From Octopus sinensis (lineage: Eukaryota): a stretch of 64,000 nucleotides of DNA. The notes under the pieces are model-generated. The model ran no database searches. It was not told the DNA's origin and was given only the letters and a program-made list of their open reading frames with translations. Positions 25,598 through 38,684 of the stretch are shown here, in pieces; positions within the stretch are counted from its first letter, which is position 1; each line of letters starts with the position of its first letter. The position numbers and the translations under genes were made by a program. The stretch covers positions 868,001 through 932,000 of the forward strand of contig NC_042997.1 of assembly GCF_006345805.1 (NCBI RefSeq), in the 5' to 3' direction.

Positions 25598-25874
25598 TGT
25601 ATGTATGTATGTATGTATGTATGCATGTATGTATGTATGTATGTATGTATGTATGCATGCATGTATGTATGCATATGTATGTATATATATATATGTGTGT
25701 GTGTGTGAGTGTGTTTGTGTGTGTATGAAATATGATTAAGAAGAACGATTCAATTGCCTGACATGTTGAACTAGTGACAATTCTAGAGCCTTGGCTTGAC
25801 CCATATCGTGTGAGTGCATTTAGGCGGCCCATCAGAGTAATTGTGTCTATAAATCACAGGACATAGACTTCTAT

Positions 25875-25995
25875 CAACTTATGTCACGCTGATTCTATCG
25901 CTGAGAATTTCATTAAGAGTGTATGCTACTACTGAATATTCAGCCACGTACACGTTAGTCCAACGAGCAGGTAGTTCCGTTGATCGATCAATACG
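25875..25995 (+). mobile_element. Degenerate 3' tail of SINE family C (or of its partner LINE)
   Basis: GTCACGCTGA...CAGCCACGTACACGTTA..ACGAGCAGGTAGTTCCGTTGATCGATCAA resembles 34990-35100. Confidence 0.7.
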
Positions 25996-27009
25996 TTTAC
26001 AAAATGACATCCTGTGCTTGGTAAATCGTATTTGTTAGCTTACTGCCAGAATTACGCACGTTTTTAAACTACAGTGCTCTGAGTTGCTTGGACTAGAAAT
26101 CGAACCGAGGAATTTCGTATTTCTATAAACACATATTGGTAATCGATCATCCGTGCTTTCCAAGTTGCCAATAGCATGAAGAATTACCAATGAAAAGATG
26201 TAAAAAATTAAAGACATGAGTGGTACGATTTATTTACATTTTATTGCGATCAAATATATGATTAGAGTTTTGGTGTATTGTGGTTTATACGTTAGTCATC
26301 ATTATTAAACACATTGCCAACGTATTATCATAGAAATTATATAGATGAAAGCCATATCGAAAAAGAAACTGTATACGCTTTTTCATACAAACGTTCGTAT
26401 GGTGTATTGGCAGAATCGGAAGCGCCACCTACATAATCCCTTGCAATATTGCATTAAATCTTTCTGAAATGTTTATGTATTTTTTTAACTGAAGGTATAC
26501 AAAACTCTGTTGTCACTCATTATTTTCTCTCCTTTCCTGAAGAACTCTGTCCGAAATATTTTATTCTCCCTTCGCCACGGCACGTTCATTTTATCGATTT
26601 TACGATACAGTATAAGCCTTGCCGACGCAGAGACAAATCTCTTAGGAGTCTGTCTGATCATACTCATACACATACATACATATATACATACATACATACA
26701 TATATACATATATACATACATACATACATACATACATACATGCATACATATATATGTATATGTAAATATACATAAACATATGTGTATTCTGTCTATTCGA
26801 ACAACTAGTTTTAAAATACCGACAACTATTTTCTGTCAATCTGTAAGCATCTTCACAAGATATAGAGGTTAATTCGTATGAGAAGTCCAGAATTAAGAGT
26901 TGACAGTTATCGGTTTTTTAAGTTGCATAACATTGAATTTCGGTCGTGTAAACTTGTTCCTACTAACTCTCCCCTGATTATTTACTATATAAGCCGTCTT
27001 GCTTAAGAT

Positions 27010-27882
27010 ATTGCCAAGATTTCGGTTTGGCCATTAACCTGGTAAAGTCGAAAGCGCTGAACGAAATTGTTGAGCACTCATCTACCATTTTCCTCGGTAA
27101 CTGAAAGCTGGGGATAGTCTAAGTATTGACATATCTCGGCTTTAACATCAATAACAAAATTTCACTAAAAATTAAAAATTATAATCAACAGGCGTGTTGC
27201 ATAGACTGCCTCAACGCTAAACTGAAAGAAAGGGAGTAGATGATAATACGGAAATAATGCATATTATTACCTATATTAATGTTTACAATACACCTGTGAG
27301 AGCAACAGTATCTACTCCAGTCAAAATCGGCATCACAACCTTTTTTCTTCATATAAATCCTTAGGCTGACCTTGGTAATTATGTGAACTGAGTCAACGTT
27401 ACTGAAGCCCTACTACACGAACAAGTATCAAAAATTTTTATCCTGCTTTAACAAAATTGCTGAAGGTCGAGCAACCTACGTCGCATGCCAGAAAATAGGA
27501 TTTGCAAATAGTTGCTGTGTATGGAATAGGTTACGAGAGACTGCACACAGAGGCAACAGAATATTTACTTCCAAGATATCTGCCACAAAGTCATACATTT
27601 CGTATAGATGAATATTGAATGGTGAAAGAACATGGCTGGAGGTCAATTCCAACGGAGACTGGAAATAGATTTTTGCTTATTAGAGGAAAAATAGAAGTAG
27701 AAACTCACTGATAAAACATCAGAATAACATTGTACGACTGTGTATCCACATATATTCATTGCAACCGAAGTTGTCACTCCTGTATTGGTCTGTGCACAAA
27801 CATTATAATCTACTCTGTCAAAAAGCCTGAAGCGAGTCTTTCCAGGTGTAGATCAAAGGTTTCGAGATATTAAAAGACTCCT
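27010..27882 (+). mobile_element. RTE-clade LINE 3' fragment, decayed
   Basis: CQDFGLAINLVKSK...LTYLGFNI, RRMPENRICK, C-terminal CNRSCHSCIGL. Confidence 0.72.
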
Positions 27883-28728
27883 GCTCCTCCCCCTCGGTTG
27901 AAAGCGGTGAGCTTATAGTTGCTGGATGATACCGATTTCAGTTTCTATTTGTAATCTCCAATGGGTGACAGACCAATTAATTTTAATGAAGAAGGTATTC
28001 ATGGATTTATGAGTTGATTTATTTCACTCTAATCACTGGAATCTATTTTGAGGAATCTATATTTTTCTTTTAGGATGCGTTGAATGTTCAATATTAGCAA
28101 GTGCCGCTGCCTGCCAAACACAGTTTCGTACAAATAAAAACATCACCATTCTATTCACCACCACGTCGCTCTAAAATATAAATCAGGAGTACATATGCAA
28201 AATTGTGAGGAGGAAAATTTGGTTGCAATGCCTGTTAGAGTGCTGACATTTTAGCTCAGATTTACAGTTGATCAATTAGGTGTTGCAGTCAACACAAACC
28301 AATTATTTAGTCTAGTCACTTATTTTAGCTTATCAGAAAAGTTTAGTCTTTGGAGGCTTATCAAAGGTAAATTGAATCTCTCAAACATTTAGGGTTCGAT
28401 TCGCTAATGCATCTTGAAAGGTATTCGCTGCAACACAAACACACCCACTTAAAATAGTGATCTGAGGTGGTTGTCCTTCGTACGCATGACGTATGAACGT
28501 TTGATTCCATGTAGAACAGCAGATGACAGATGATTTATTTTATTTGACCTTCCAAGAATTCAAATTTCATCGTTCCTAGAATATATTTATCAGCAGAAAA
28601 GTAGTCATAGATTGGATTTCAAAGATGATAAATCGCATTTTTGCGAAACTGTATGGCAACGCATTAACGCCATCACGTTCAATAGTTAAACACAACGTTA
28701 TAATTCATAAAGAATTCATAATTCATAA

Positions 28729-28956
28729 GGCAGCGAGCTAGCAGAAACGTTAGCACGCCGGGCGAAATGCTTAGCAGTATTTCGTCTGTCGCTACGTTCT
28801 GAGTTCAAATTCCGTCGAGGTCGATTTGCCTTTCATACAATCGGGGTCGATAAATAAAGTACCAGCTTCGCACTGGGGTCGATGTAATCGACTTAATCCC
28901 TTTGTCTGTCGTTGTTTTCCCCCTCTATGTTTAGCCCCTTGTGGGTAGTAAAGAAG
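28729..28956 (+). mobile_element. SINE family B with 14 bp TSD TATAATTCATAAAG (28699-28712 / 28957-28970)
   Basis: Head GGCAGCGAGCTAGCAGAAACGTTAGCACGCCGGGCG...GAGTTCAAATTCC, body GCCTTTCAT..GGGGTCGATAAA..AGTACCAG. Confidence 0.88.
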
Positions 28957-30789
28957 TATAATTCATAAAGATCTTTTATTAGGAATATTTTCTTTCGAAG
29001 CCGATGATGACTTTATTATTCATTTAAAATTTTGCATAAAATTTTTCTGTGCATCCAGTTTAGTACTTTTTGCGGAGAAATAAAATTTCTCGTAATATAA
29101 TGCTGTTTCGTCTTATTTAATTTTATTAAATCACAAATGCATATGATAATAAAACTTGTACATTATCAATAAGGTACAGTTTCCGTTCGTCGTGCAACAT
29201 TAGAGAAAACGTACAAAACATATGTTAATCAGTTGTGTTAGAAGACTACCTTTTATACCGTAATGCTTAAGTATAGTATATCTTACAGGACGCAAATCTA
29301 CTTTACCCTTACATAAATATATATGATTCGGTATGTGTGTCTTTGTGCATATGTGTGTATATATATGTGTGGACGAAATTTATCATTATTTCGAATGCAA
29401 CTTCTCCATTGCTTTTTTTATGATATTAAATAATATTTATTTTTTGAAAAATAAGCTACTAAAATATTTCCATTTTTTCTCATGATATCCTGAACGTTCT
29501 TGTTTTATATCCTGCATCCGTTCGCCATTTGTTTTCATTATTTAGCTTTTAGCGATATACACTTGTAAAAGGGTGAATCCGTTAATTCTGTCTTCCCATA
29601 CAGTAAAGTGCTTTACTTAGCTATTTTAGGGTGGAGAAACATTACTTCAAGTATTATGATATATTTAGTGATTTATTTAAATGCAAAGCATATTTCTTTT
29701 AATCATAAGTGACGTTTTTGCCATTATTTTTCTATATTTGTTAGATAGAACAATTTATAAGATTGGTATTTCTCTGCTTTTTATTTTTTTAAATCTTCTA
29801 CTTTTCTTGCAGTATAATTCATTGCTTTCGGCTAAAGTTTGCTTTTAACCCTAATAGAACATATTTCTGGGAGAGTTTACATTATTTAGATTTTAAACGA
29901 AGCTCAATGCTAGTATAAATAGTTCTTTCCTACAAGCGAGAATACAGTTTACATAAAATTGTTCAATTCCTGTTAACACAGTCAAAATAATAGCAAATTT
30001 CATTTAAATATCCTATTTACATATTTTACGATGACATAATTTGATACGTTTCTCTTCGTGTCCTGGTTGTTTTAATGTCAGATGTTCGAATCAAAATTAA
30101 AGACTTCTCCCACTTATTTTGCTAATTCAAGCAAGTTTCAGCTATCCCACAGATTATTATTGTTAGAAAAGTTAACCTCGCATAAGTAACCCAATACAAA
30201 AGTCTGCGGTTTTTCATTTATGAAATTGTATCTAAGTCCCCAAAGAGCCCATGTTCCTTGAAACTTTAGTGAATCAGGGTGAATCAGTTTGGAGAAGCAA
30301 CTACGTTGAGTTGCATTAGAAAACTGTATCAAATTGATTTCTTCAATATTCATATATATTGAGCGTATATTGAATATTATTTACATAGATTAGCAGAAAT
30401 GAAGGAGCATTTCAGATTTTCATTTTCACAGTTAATGTTTTTGTCAGCATTTTCGTTTTATATGCGTTCAGATTAATTTGTTAGCGAAGCTGGACATCAT
30501 TGCCAATGATAATGCTAGGATCGTTTATAGGGAATTTGGATGACGTTGCCGTTTAATTAAAATTAAATGAGTATGTTGAGGTCTGCTCGATCAATGTAAA
30601 TTAAGGAGTCCCTGCAGATTACATCGAAGCGGATACATAAAGCAAAACTGCTTACATTTATATCAAAGCTTGACGTATAATGTTTCAATCATCAAACTGC
30701 GGCTACGTTGGGACACCGTCCTGAATAATTTTAGTCGAAAAGATAGACCATAGTACTTATTGTTGTTTTTATTTTTTTAAAGCCCGATA

Positions 30790-33294
30790 TAACGGGACAT
30801 AATATACCCAGAGTCCGGATTATAACTGGAGTTAAAGGGGTCAAAGCTAGATTATATCCCAGGTAAATTATGTCGACGATGTCGAAGCATAACTGATTTG
30901 CTGTGGCCTTGATCTCTACATCAGTTGCCGAGGCTCTATCACCAGAGATGCCAGAGGTGTCGATATATTCATTCGCAAATTTGTTTACAGTAGTCCTGAA
31001 GTTTTTTTGTCAAGTCAGTGTTCATATAGTAGATAACTTTATCTCTGAGAAACGAGTGGTTATCTTCTGGTACTGTCAGGATGTAGCTGGTGGTTTTATA
31101 TGTACGCTATGCTTGTCCAAGGTACCTTGTACGTCCATAGTACACAACCGTACCAAGCGTAAGGCCTAGAGTGGTGCTAAGATACTTCCTTACTGAACTT
31201 GGTATTGGGTTGAAAGTCTTGGTCTGTTTGTGTTTTTGTTAGATGTTGATGACATCATTGTCCGGTTTTCAAGTGTCTTTTGAGTGCCTTTTCCTCTGGG
31301 CTAACTTTAGCAGTGTCACTGAGACAACCATCAAGGGACTAGTGTGGTGAATCTCTGTCTCTTCATCTTGATAAACTTTAAGGTTACTGGCACGGTAGGT
31401 ATTGCTAAGTATCTTGTCAATCTCATTGCTCTTAAGTTTAACCACAACTAAATAGGGTCCAATCCATCGTGGTTCCATCTTTGAACCCATGTGATGAATA
31501 CGGCGTTGATTCTTGATATAAACTATGGAGCCAGCAGTGATTTCTTTGTTGCTGCTGTGTCGGCGATCATAGGCACGCCTATCGTGTCCTTGGGTACAGT
31601 GCATGTTGGTACTGACGGTTAAAAGGAGCAGTTTATGAGTGGTTGTCGGTGTATCCAGCACATCAGGCTCAATATTATCTAAAAGGGGCATAGGGTCCAG
31701 ATTCATTGCCTGAAGGTTTGAAGTCTATAGAAAGCTTGGCCTTCTATCCATACATACCTCAAATAGAGTGCAATTGGTGGAAACATGGACAGGTGTGTGA
31801 TAGGCAAACGGAACACCAGGGATGAACTGGTTCCAGTTGCTTCATTGGTCATTGACCAGCTTACTAATAGAGTCTTTCAGTGTCAGGTTCCCGCTGGCCA
31901 TTTGTTTGTGGGTGTTAGGCAGATGGAATGCGGTGAACAGATTTAAAATAATTCATCAGGTTGTTGGTGATCGAATTCACAAACTTTCGTCCCTGGTCAC
32001 TAATCCATACAGCCAAGGCGGTAAATAAGGAGTACAAAGGATTTGGTACTGATTTGGCACTCTTATCTGTAACAGCTTCAGTCCACTTGGGGAAATGATC
32101 AGTGGCCGCAACTATATATCCGTTACCATTTGCTGTTTCTTGAAGGGGACCGATCATATCAATGCCAACTAAGTCCATACCTTTCCAGGCACTGTTGTAC
32201 TCCTGATTGGTGGAACCTCCTTGCCAATTTTGCAATTTATGACAAAACATTTTTGATAGGCTTTCTTCATTCTTCGATAGTCGCTCTTCATTACTTTTCA
32301 GAAATAACTGTCAGATATTTTGGCTAACGTTTTATCTCAGCCAAAATGGTCACCAGAAATTGGGTTGTCATGACAGGCCTTCAGGATATTTGACAGTCGG
32401 CTTTTCGCGAGAACTTCCTTTCCGTCATGGTAAAGAATCCCTCCTTCTGATCAGTACAGCTTTATTTAAAATTATTTGTCTGAATTGTGACTTGGCGTTT
32501 ACATGTTTCTCTGGAGGCAGATCGTAGATCCACTGGGATACATTGTTGTGTTGCAGTGAAGAATCTAAAAAGCTGGTCATACAGTTGGTCATCCTTGCTT
32601 GTCAAAATTAGAAAACTAAAAAGTTTAGAGTCTGAGGGAAAAGCTGTATGTCTGAGTATGTTAAGATAAGGAGATAAAAAGATAAGGCATACTATGTGAA
32701 ACTATTTTGCCACTGGTGGGCAAATTCAGTCAAAGCTGAAAAATTTAAAATATCAGAAATAGTTTGAAACACTTTTTCTGGTATTCTATAGTCTAAAGGA
32801 GCTTATAAAATAGTGTAAATTTGTCTGTTATAAAAATAAGATGTAAAACATGAAAAATGAAAAAAAAAAAAATTCCCATCCTGCCTCGTCCCAGTAACCT
32901 ATACTGCTCTGCTTGCCTTATTGGCTAGTGGCCGCCATTTTGTCCCCGATTCAATTAAGCGGCGCGAATATGCTCGATTTGTGATCTTTTCATCAGTAAA
33001 TATAACAAATATTTGTCATGTCTTGGTAACAAATCGAAAATTCAACCAATTTACTGTTAAAGCCAAGTCACATTTCAAGACACCAATGATAAACAATAAT
33101 TAAAGAGACATCGTTTAAGATTGACTACCTCGTTAGATGGGTATATTGTGGACTGATGGGGTATACTCTTGCTAGGTTATTTTACACCCCAAGTATATTT
33201 TGGCCTAGGAGAGTTCATCCCTTGGGGTAAAATCTAGCTTGGGACAAACTATACCCGGGTTTAATCTGGGCAGGGGTTAATTTGGCCTACTACA
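30790..33294 (-). mobile_element. Ginger1-like DNA transposon (Gypsy-type integrase, GPY motif, C-terminal OTU-like domain), decayed
   Basis: N-terminal YPSG / GILYH, zinc finger CHDNP..GDHFG...KC, core GIDMIGPL..ATDHF.KWTEA..ISDQGRKFVN, GSKMEPRWIGPY, OTU-like PEDNHSFLRDKVIYYM and ATDVEIKAT; no RT/RNase H upstream; terminus TGTAGTAGGCC at 33294 with short TIR motifs echoed inverted at 30790-30870. Confidence 0.8.
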
Positions 33295-33489
33295 CTTGTA
33301 CTTAATTTATCGATCTTTTTTGCCGAATCGCAATGTTAATAACGATACACGACTATCAATTTCGCGTTCAATTAAATTTCATTGCTAAATTTTCCCTTTA
33401 ATCCATGATTGCAAAGTTTTCAAAGAATCTCGTGAAAATCTAACTGTCGTCAGTTGGCATTTCAGATCAAGGCCGAAATTAAGTATCAG

Positions 33490-33536
<47 letters not shown>

Positions 33537-33909
33537 CAGAATATTAAAATTCTGATCAGATATATTTAAAAATTTTCTTTGTATTTACACGCGTAAGCAC
33601 TAACTCAGAAACACATGCCCAAAAAGACACACACACACACACACACACACTCACACACGCATCCACACACACATACATTCCCATATGGCGCGCGTGCCTA
33701 TATATATATATATATATATACACACACATACACATATATATATATGCATATGTATATACATGTATATACATGAATATGCTGATATATATATATGTATGCG
33801 TATGTGTGCGTATATATAGAAATATATATATCTACATCCACATATATGCACTATCTCTCTGTCTTACTCTCTCCCTCTTTCTCTGTGTGTGTCACTCTCT
33901 CTATATATA

Positions 33910-33971
<62 letters not shown>

Positions 33972-34152
33972 TATACAAACATATATATATATAATATAAT
34001 ATAGTATATGCGTGTATATCTATCTATCTATATATATATATATTGGCACACACTCTCACACACGCACACATATATATGCGTGTGTATGTTTGTGTGTATG
34101 CACTCATATATATATATATACAATGTGCCTATGTACACACACACACAAACGC

Positions 34153-34184
<32 letters not shown>

Positions 34185-34590
34185 GTGTATGTGTGTGTTC
34201 GTGTATTTATATTAAGAAATTGGTATATGTACTTAAATGTGTTGGAAAATCCACATTATCTTCATCATTGAACACTTCATAATAAGCATTGCAAAAAGCA
34301 ACACTGAAGCAACTGCATAACAACGAGACAACAAGATTGGAAGGCATAGAAATGTTATATTCATCATCTGTTAGATACTGAACAATAACACAGATTTATA
34401 CAAGGTTATTGATCGAAATATCAGAGCAACATCATTGAACTTCAGTCAGTTTGTTTTGCATCATTTTTTGTAACTTTCTAATCAATAAATATTCCAGATG
34501 TTTCGGTCGGCTGCTTTGCAAAGTCATGTTACGCTTTCCTAAAAACGGCGGCTCTAAAGCAACATGGTACTATTTATATATTGAATAAAA

Positions 34591-34632
<42 letters not shown>

Positions 34633-34752
34633 GGAAGTAACTTATTTTCTAAGCTTGTCTTCAGTTAGTTTCGAATAGATATCCTTATAAAAAGTGTACA
34701 AATAGTACATCTGTAAATTTAATGCTATTTATGTGTATATGGTGGGTTCTTG

Positions 34753-35141
34753 TGGAGGCGCAATGGCCTAGTGGTTAGGGCAGCGGACTCGCGGTCGTAG
34801 GGTCGCGGTTTCGATTCCCAGACCGGGCGTCGTGAGTGTTTATTGAGCGAAAACACCTAAAGCTCCACGAGGCTCCCGCAGGGATGGTGGTGATCCCTGC
34901 TGTACTCTTTCACCACAACTTTCTCTCACTCTTACTTCCTGTTTCTGTTGTACCTGTATTTCAAGGGGCCGGCCTTGTCACTCTCTGTGTCACGCTGAAT
35001 ATCCCCGAGAACTGCGTTAAGGGTGCGCGTGTCTGTGGAGTGCTCAGCCACTTACACGTTAATTTCACGAGCAGGCTGTTCCGTTGATTCGGATCAACCG
35101 GAACCCTCGTCGTCGTAACCGACGGGGTGCTTCCATGTTCC
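34753..35141 (+). mobile_element. tRNA-derived SINE family C, full length, 14 bp TSD ATGGTGGGTTCTTG (34739-34752 / 35142-35155)
   Basis: Head GGAGGCGCAATGGCCTAGTGGTTAGGGCAGCGGACTCGCGG..GGTTTCGATTCCC with A/B boxes; very similar inverted copy at 54440-54820. Confidence 0.93.
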
Positions 35142-35838
35142 ATGGTGGGTTCTTGCATGCATATTAACACACACACCACACACACAAATACACACGCACA
35201 TACACACATACACGCACACGCACGCACATGCACGCAAATACAGATATATTAAATACCATAAAATATAAATTCTTCATTTATCTAAATTATACCTGAAGTT
35301 GATGTGTCATGATTACAAAATGGAAATTAAAACCGATTCAATATCAGAAGGAAGGTGGGAGTTATTGTCAGGGATTTAGAATCTCTCTAAAGTTAACATC
35401 ACATTAGGGAAACGGGTAGACTTATTGTTTTGAGATAAGAGGAATGGCGTCAGAAGCACAACAATTCTCTTATATTACTCACTTATCCAGCGGACATAAA
35501 TATATATAAAGAGAAAAAAAGGTACTGCATATATAGGGCAATGGTATTTTGCACATAGTATACAAAATTGAAGCAAGAAGTATTGTGTCAAATACAGGTA
35601 TATGAAATACGTTACAACGCAAATCTTTTTTAAAAAAATAATCTCCGTCTCTAGAGTATGTATCATTATTACCAGATCACAGTTGAAACCAACACACATA
35701 CATATACATACTTACATAGATACACTCGCACACACGCAACCACACACACACACATGCACACACACGTGCACACACACACACGTGCACACACACACAGACA
35801 CACACACACACGTGCACACACACACAGACACACACACA

Positions 35839-35877
<39 letters not shown>

Positions 35878-36059
35878 TACACGCACACTGTAAATCAGAC
35901 AGGCGAGTTCTTTCTATTCTCTTCAAGTCCTTGTCACAGTCACAACATTACACTGAGGTTCAGTTATATTCAAGGAAGAATTTTATAATTTTTAACTCGG
36001 GGACGAAATCGTATATTTTTACATCCGTAATCAAAGAGACATTTGGGTAAAAAAAGAGA

Positions 36060-36236
36060 CATTTGGGTAAAATATACAAAGCCCAATATACCCATCATGA
36101 CTACCCGTCTGATAAGTGTACATCAGACACTTGCATCACAACCAAATGTGCGCGACATGAGGATCTCATATCAAGATAAAAAGCGCATGAACTTGCAGGT
36201 GGCACCAGTTAGAATTTTCTTCAGGCCAAGTAGCCC

Positions 36237-36238
<2 letters not shown>
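36060..36238 (-). mobile_element. 3' fragment of the TAA-tailed repeat seen at 38117-38665
   Basis: Reverse-complement homology to 38450-38627. Confidence 0.85.
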
Positions 36239-36296
<58 letters not shown>

Positions 36297-36329
36297 TTAA
36301 TAATAATAATGATAATAATAATAATAATG

Positions 36330-36383
<54 letters not shown>

Positions 36384-36410
36384 TAATAATAATATAATAA
36401 TAATAACAAC
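36238..36410. repeat. (TAA)n microsatellite
   Basis: About 55 units with few interruptions; other tracts at 38022-38065, 45935-46012 and 51782-51865. Confidence 0.97.
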
Positions 36411-36716
36411 AACAAGATATTGTGAATAACGGTAGTAATGAAACTGAAGCCAATGATGGTGACAGTGTTACACTAGGTAGGCTCAACGATTCCGCTCCAG
36501 CCTGTCGATATCCAGCAAGGGACCACCACACACGGCGTAGATGGAGCAAACAAATTAATGCTGTTGTCATGGAGTGTTACTACCTGAGCAGCCCGGTAGA
36601 CGAAAATGGTGCTCAAATTATGGGTTATCGACAGCGTACGTTGGAAAGAAATGGGAGTGTTTCAACTCACGGAACAGAGATTATGTGTTCAAGCTAGAGC
36701 AATAAGGAAAAATTGC

Positions 36717-37148
36717 GGATCTTTTCGGTTTGAACGGCAGTTTTTAACACAATTTCTAAGTAACTAAAAAAGGTTAAACTTTTATACTGGTACAATGTGT
36801 TTATAAAACATCTTTTTCTCCTGGTTTTATTGAGAAAATTCTCTAGTTTGTAAGATATTTGTTGTTTTTTTCTTCTTTAATTTCTGCAATTTCAACCAAT
36901 CAGTGACGTCTATTGAGTTTAAAAGCATTTTGTGCCGTATTAATATGTCCCTCGTTTAAGAAACAGATTGGATTTATTTACATTTGTGAAGAAAAAAAGA
37001 TACCTTTCCCCCATCCCTAACCCTAACCCTAACTAACCTAACCCTAAAAGAGATTGAAATGCAATAGATCGATTCTAGGTTCATAATTATGGGTGACAAT
37101 TTCATATGACACCGCTAGAAAAAATTGCCGTTCAAACCGAAAAGATTC
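36717..37148. mobile_element. 432 bp MITE with about 29 bp TIRs, 8 bp TSD AAAATTGC and internal (CCCTAA)n
   Basis: Left GGATCTTTTCGGTTTGAACGGCAGTTTTT, right reverse complement GAATCTTTTCGGTTTGAACGGCAATTTTT; TSD 36709-36716 and 37149-37156; excision restores the Dong reading frame. Confidence 0.92.
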
Positions 37149-37298
37149 AAAATTGCTGGTTCACAGAAGTAGAGCTCGAAGCTATCAAAAGACGAGTCAT
37201 GGAAAATAGCAGCATAGATAAGAATGAAAATACAGTTCTTACTAATAAGAATAATCTCATAGTACAGGAATAAGCAATGGTAGTTTACTTGATGAGAG

Positions 37299-37669
37299 TC
37301 TTATAGATAATCTAAAAGAAGACTATTGGCGACATGACAGATGAACAAAAGGCAATCTACGACAGAAAAAGATAAAGGATGCCGTGTGCCAAATGCATCA
37401 GGAAAGGTAATGGACGAAAAGTGGAAGGCAAAAATCCTCTGGCACTTTGACTTCCAAATAAACAAGATTTTAGAACACCGAAGTTCTTATAGATAATCTA
37501 AAAGAAGACTATTGGCGACATGACAGACGAACAAAAGGCAATCTACGACAGAAATAGATAAAGGAAGCCGTGTGCCAAATCCATCAGAAAAAGTAATGGA
37601 CGAAAAGTGGAAGGCAAAAATCCACTGGGACTTTGACTTCCAAATAAACAAGATTTTAGAACACCGAAG
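37299..37669 (+). repeat. 186 bp tandem duplication inside the Dong element
   Basis: 37299-37483 and 37485-37669, several substitutions between copies. Confidence 0.92.
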
Positions 37670-38022
37670 GCCAGATATGATAACGTTTTAGGAGGGAAAT
37701 AAAAGTGCTTAATAATTGACATGGCAATGTCAGAAGATCAACATGTTATCATGAAAGAGAGAGAAAAGATTGATAAATATGGAAACCTGATAATTTAGCT
37801 ACGAGAGTCAAACATAAAGTTTGCCCCTATTGTCATCAGAGCATCTGAAAAAAGATATCTGGAAACTTTACAAGTACCCTACAATCTAGGTGCACATATA
37901 TTGCATAAAGTACTGTCTGTCTGAAGTGCTTGGTGTGACTTTACAAACTGTACCACTCCTCAGTTGACATTATATATGCTCAATCAACAACATCACGATA
38001 GTGGATATTGTGCGACGCCTTA

Positions 38023-38112
<90 letters not shown>

Positions 38113-38116
38113 AATA

Positions 38117-38665
38117 TGCAGTACCAGGCAGTGGCTCTCATGGCTTCTGATCTTAACTGATTGGAAGTGTTATCATGTACATTGGTTTGTCTTGGTATAA
38201 AAGATGGGCTACAGCAAATATTCTGCTCAATACCACAGATTTGCTTGTCAGTTGTTTGACTTTAACCAGTTGAGCATGTCCCTTAGTGGCTGGCGATATG
38301 TGCATCTCTGATCACGAGCAGAAGTAGTGGGGGAGCATCATAGCCATGTGTTGAGAGGGATTCTTTGGGGTTTGAATAATTCACCTCTGTAAACATGGGT
38401 GTTTCGTTCAACATCCTTAAACAACCCTTATTCAGGGACCTTTCGAGTGGGATGGGTTAATCGACCTGAAGAAAATTCTAACTGGGCCCCACCTGCAAGG
38501 TCATGTGCTATTTATTTTGATATGAGATCACCATGTCGCGCACATATGGCTGTGATGCATGTGCCTAGTGTACCCTTATCAGACGGGTAGTCATGATGGG
38601 TATACTGGGCTTCGTATATTTTACCCCAGTTTCACTTTGATGGCATGCACTGCTCTCTCACTCAA
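38117..38665 (+). mobile_element. About 550 bp non-coding repeat ending in CTCTCTCACTC(AAT)n, inserted in a TAA/TGA tract
   Basis: Second copy of its 3' part at 36060-36238; ends in TAA repeats like the neighbouring Dong elements; class inferred. Confidence 0.7.
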
Positions 38666-38684
38666 TAATAATAATGATAATATA

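Larger units (their letters stand above)
36420..38022 (+). mobile_element. R4/Dong-clade non-LTR retrotransposon, internally deleted (N-terminus + REL domain), between (TAA)n tracts
   Basis: RRRWSKQINAVVMECYYLSSP..GYRQR, EQRLCVQARAIRKNCWFTEVELEAIKRR (after removing the MITE), KAKIHWDFDFQINKILEHRRPD, CLIIDMA, EKIDKY. Confidence 0.85.

Noticed and set aside
31269-32400. Gypsy LTR retrotransposon
   Set aside because: No RT, RNase H, gag or LTR found; N-terminus, TGT terminal repeat and OTU-like tail fit Ginger1 better
34755-34830. tRNA gene (also 8153-8225, 54745-54820)
   Set aside because: tRNA-like heads continue into SINE bodies with TSDs and multiple copies; acceptor and anticodon stems are not intact
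37015-37046. Chromosome-end telomere or fusion scar
   Set aside because: Only 4-5 imperfect CCCTAA units, internal to a TSD-flanked MITE
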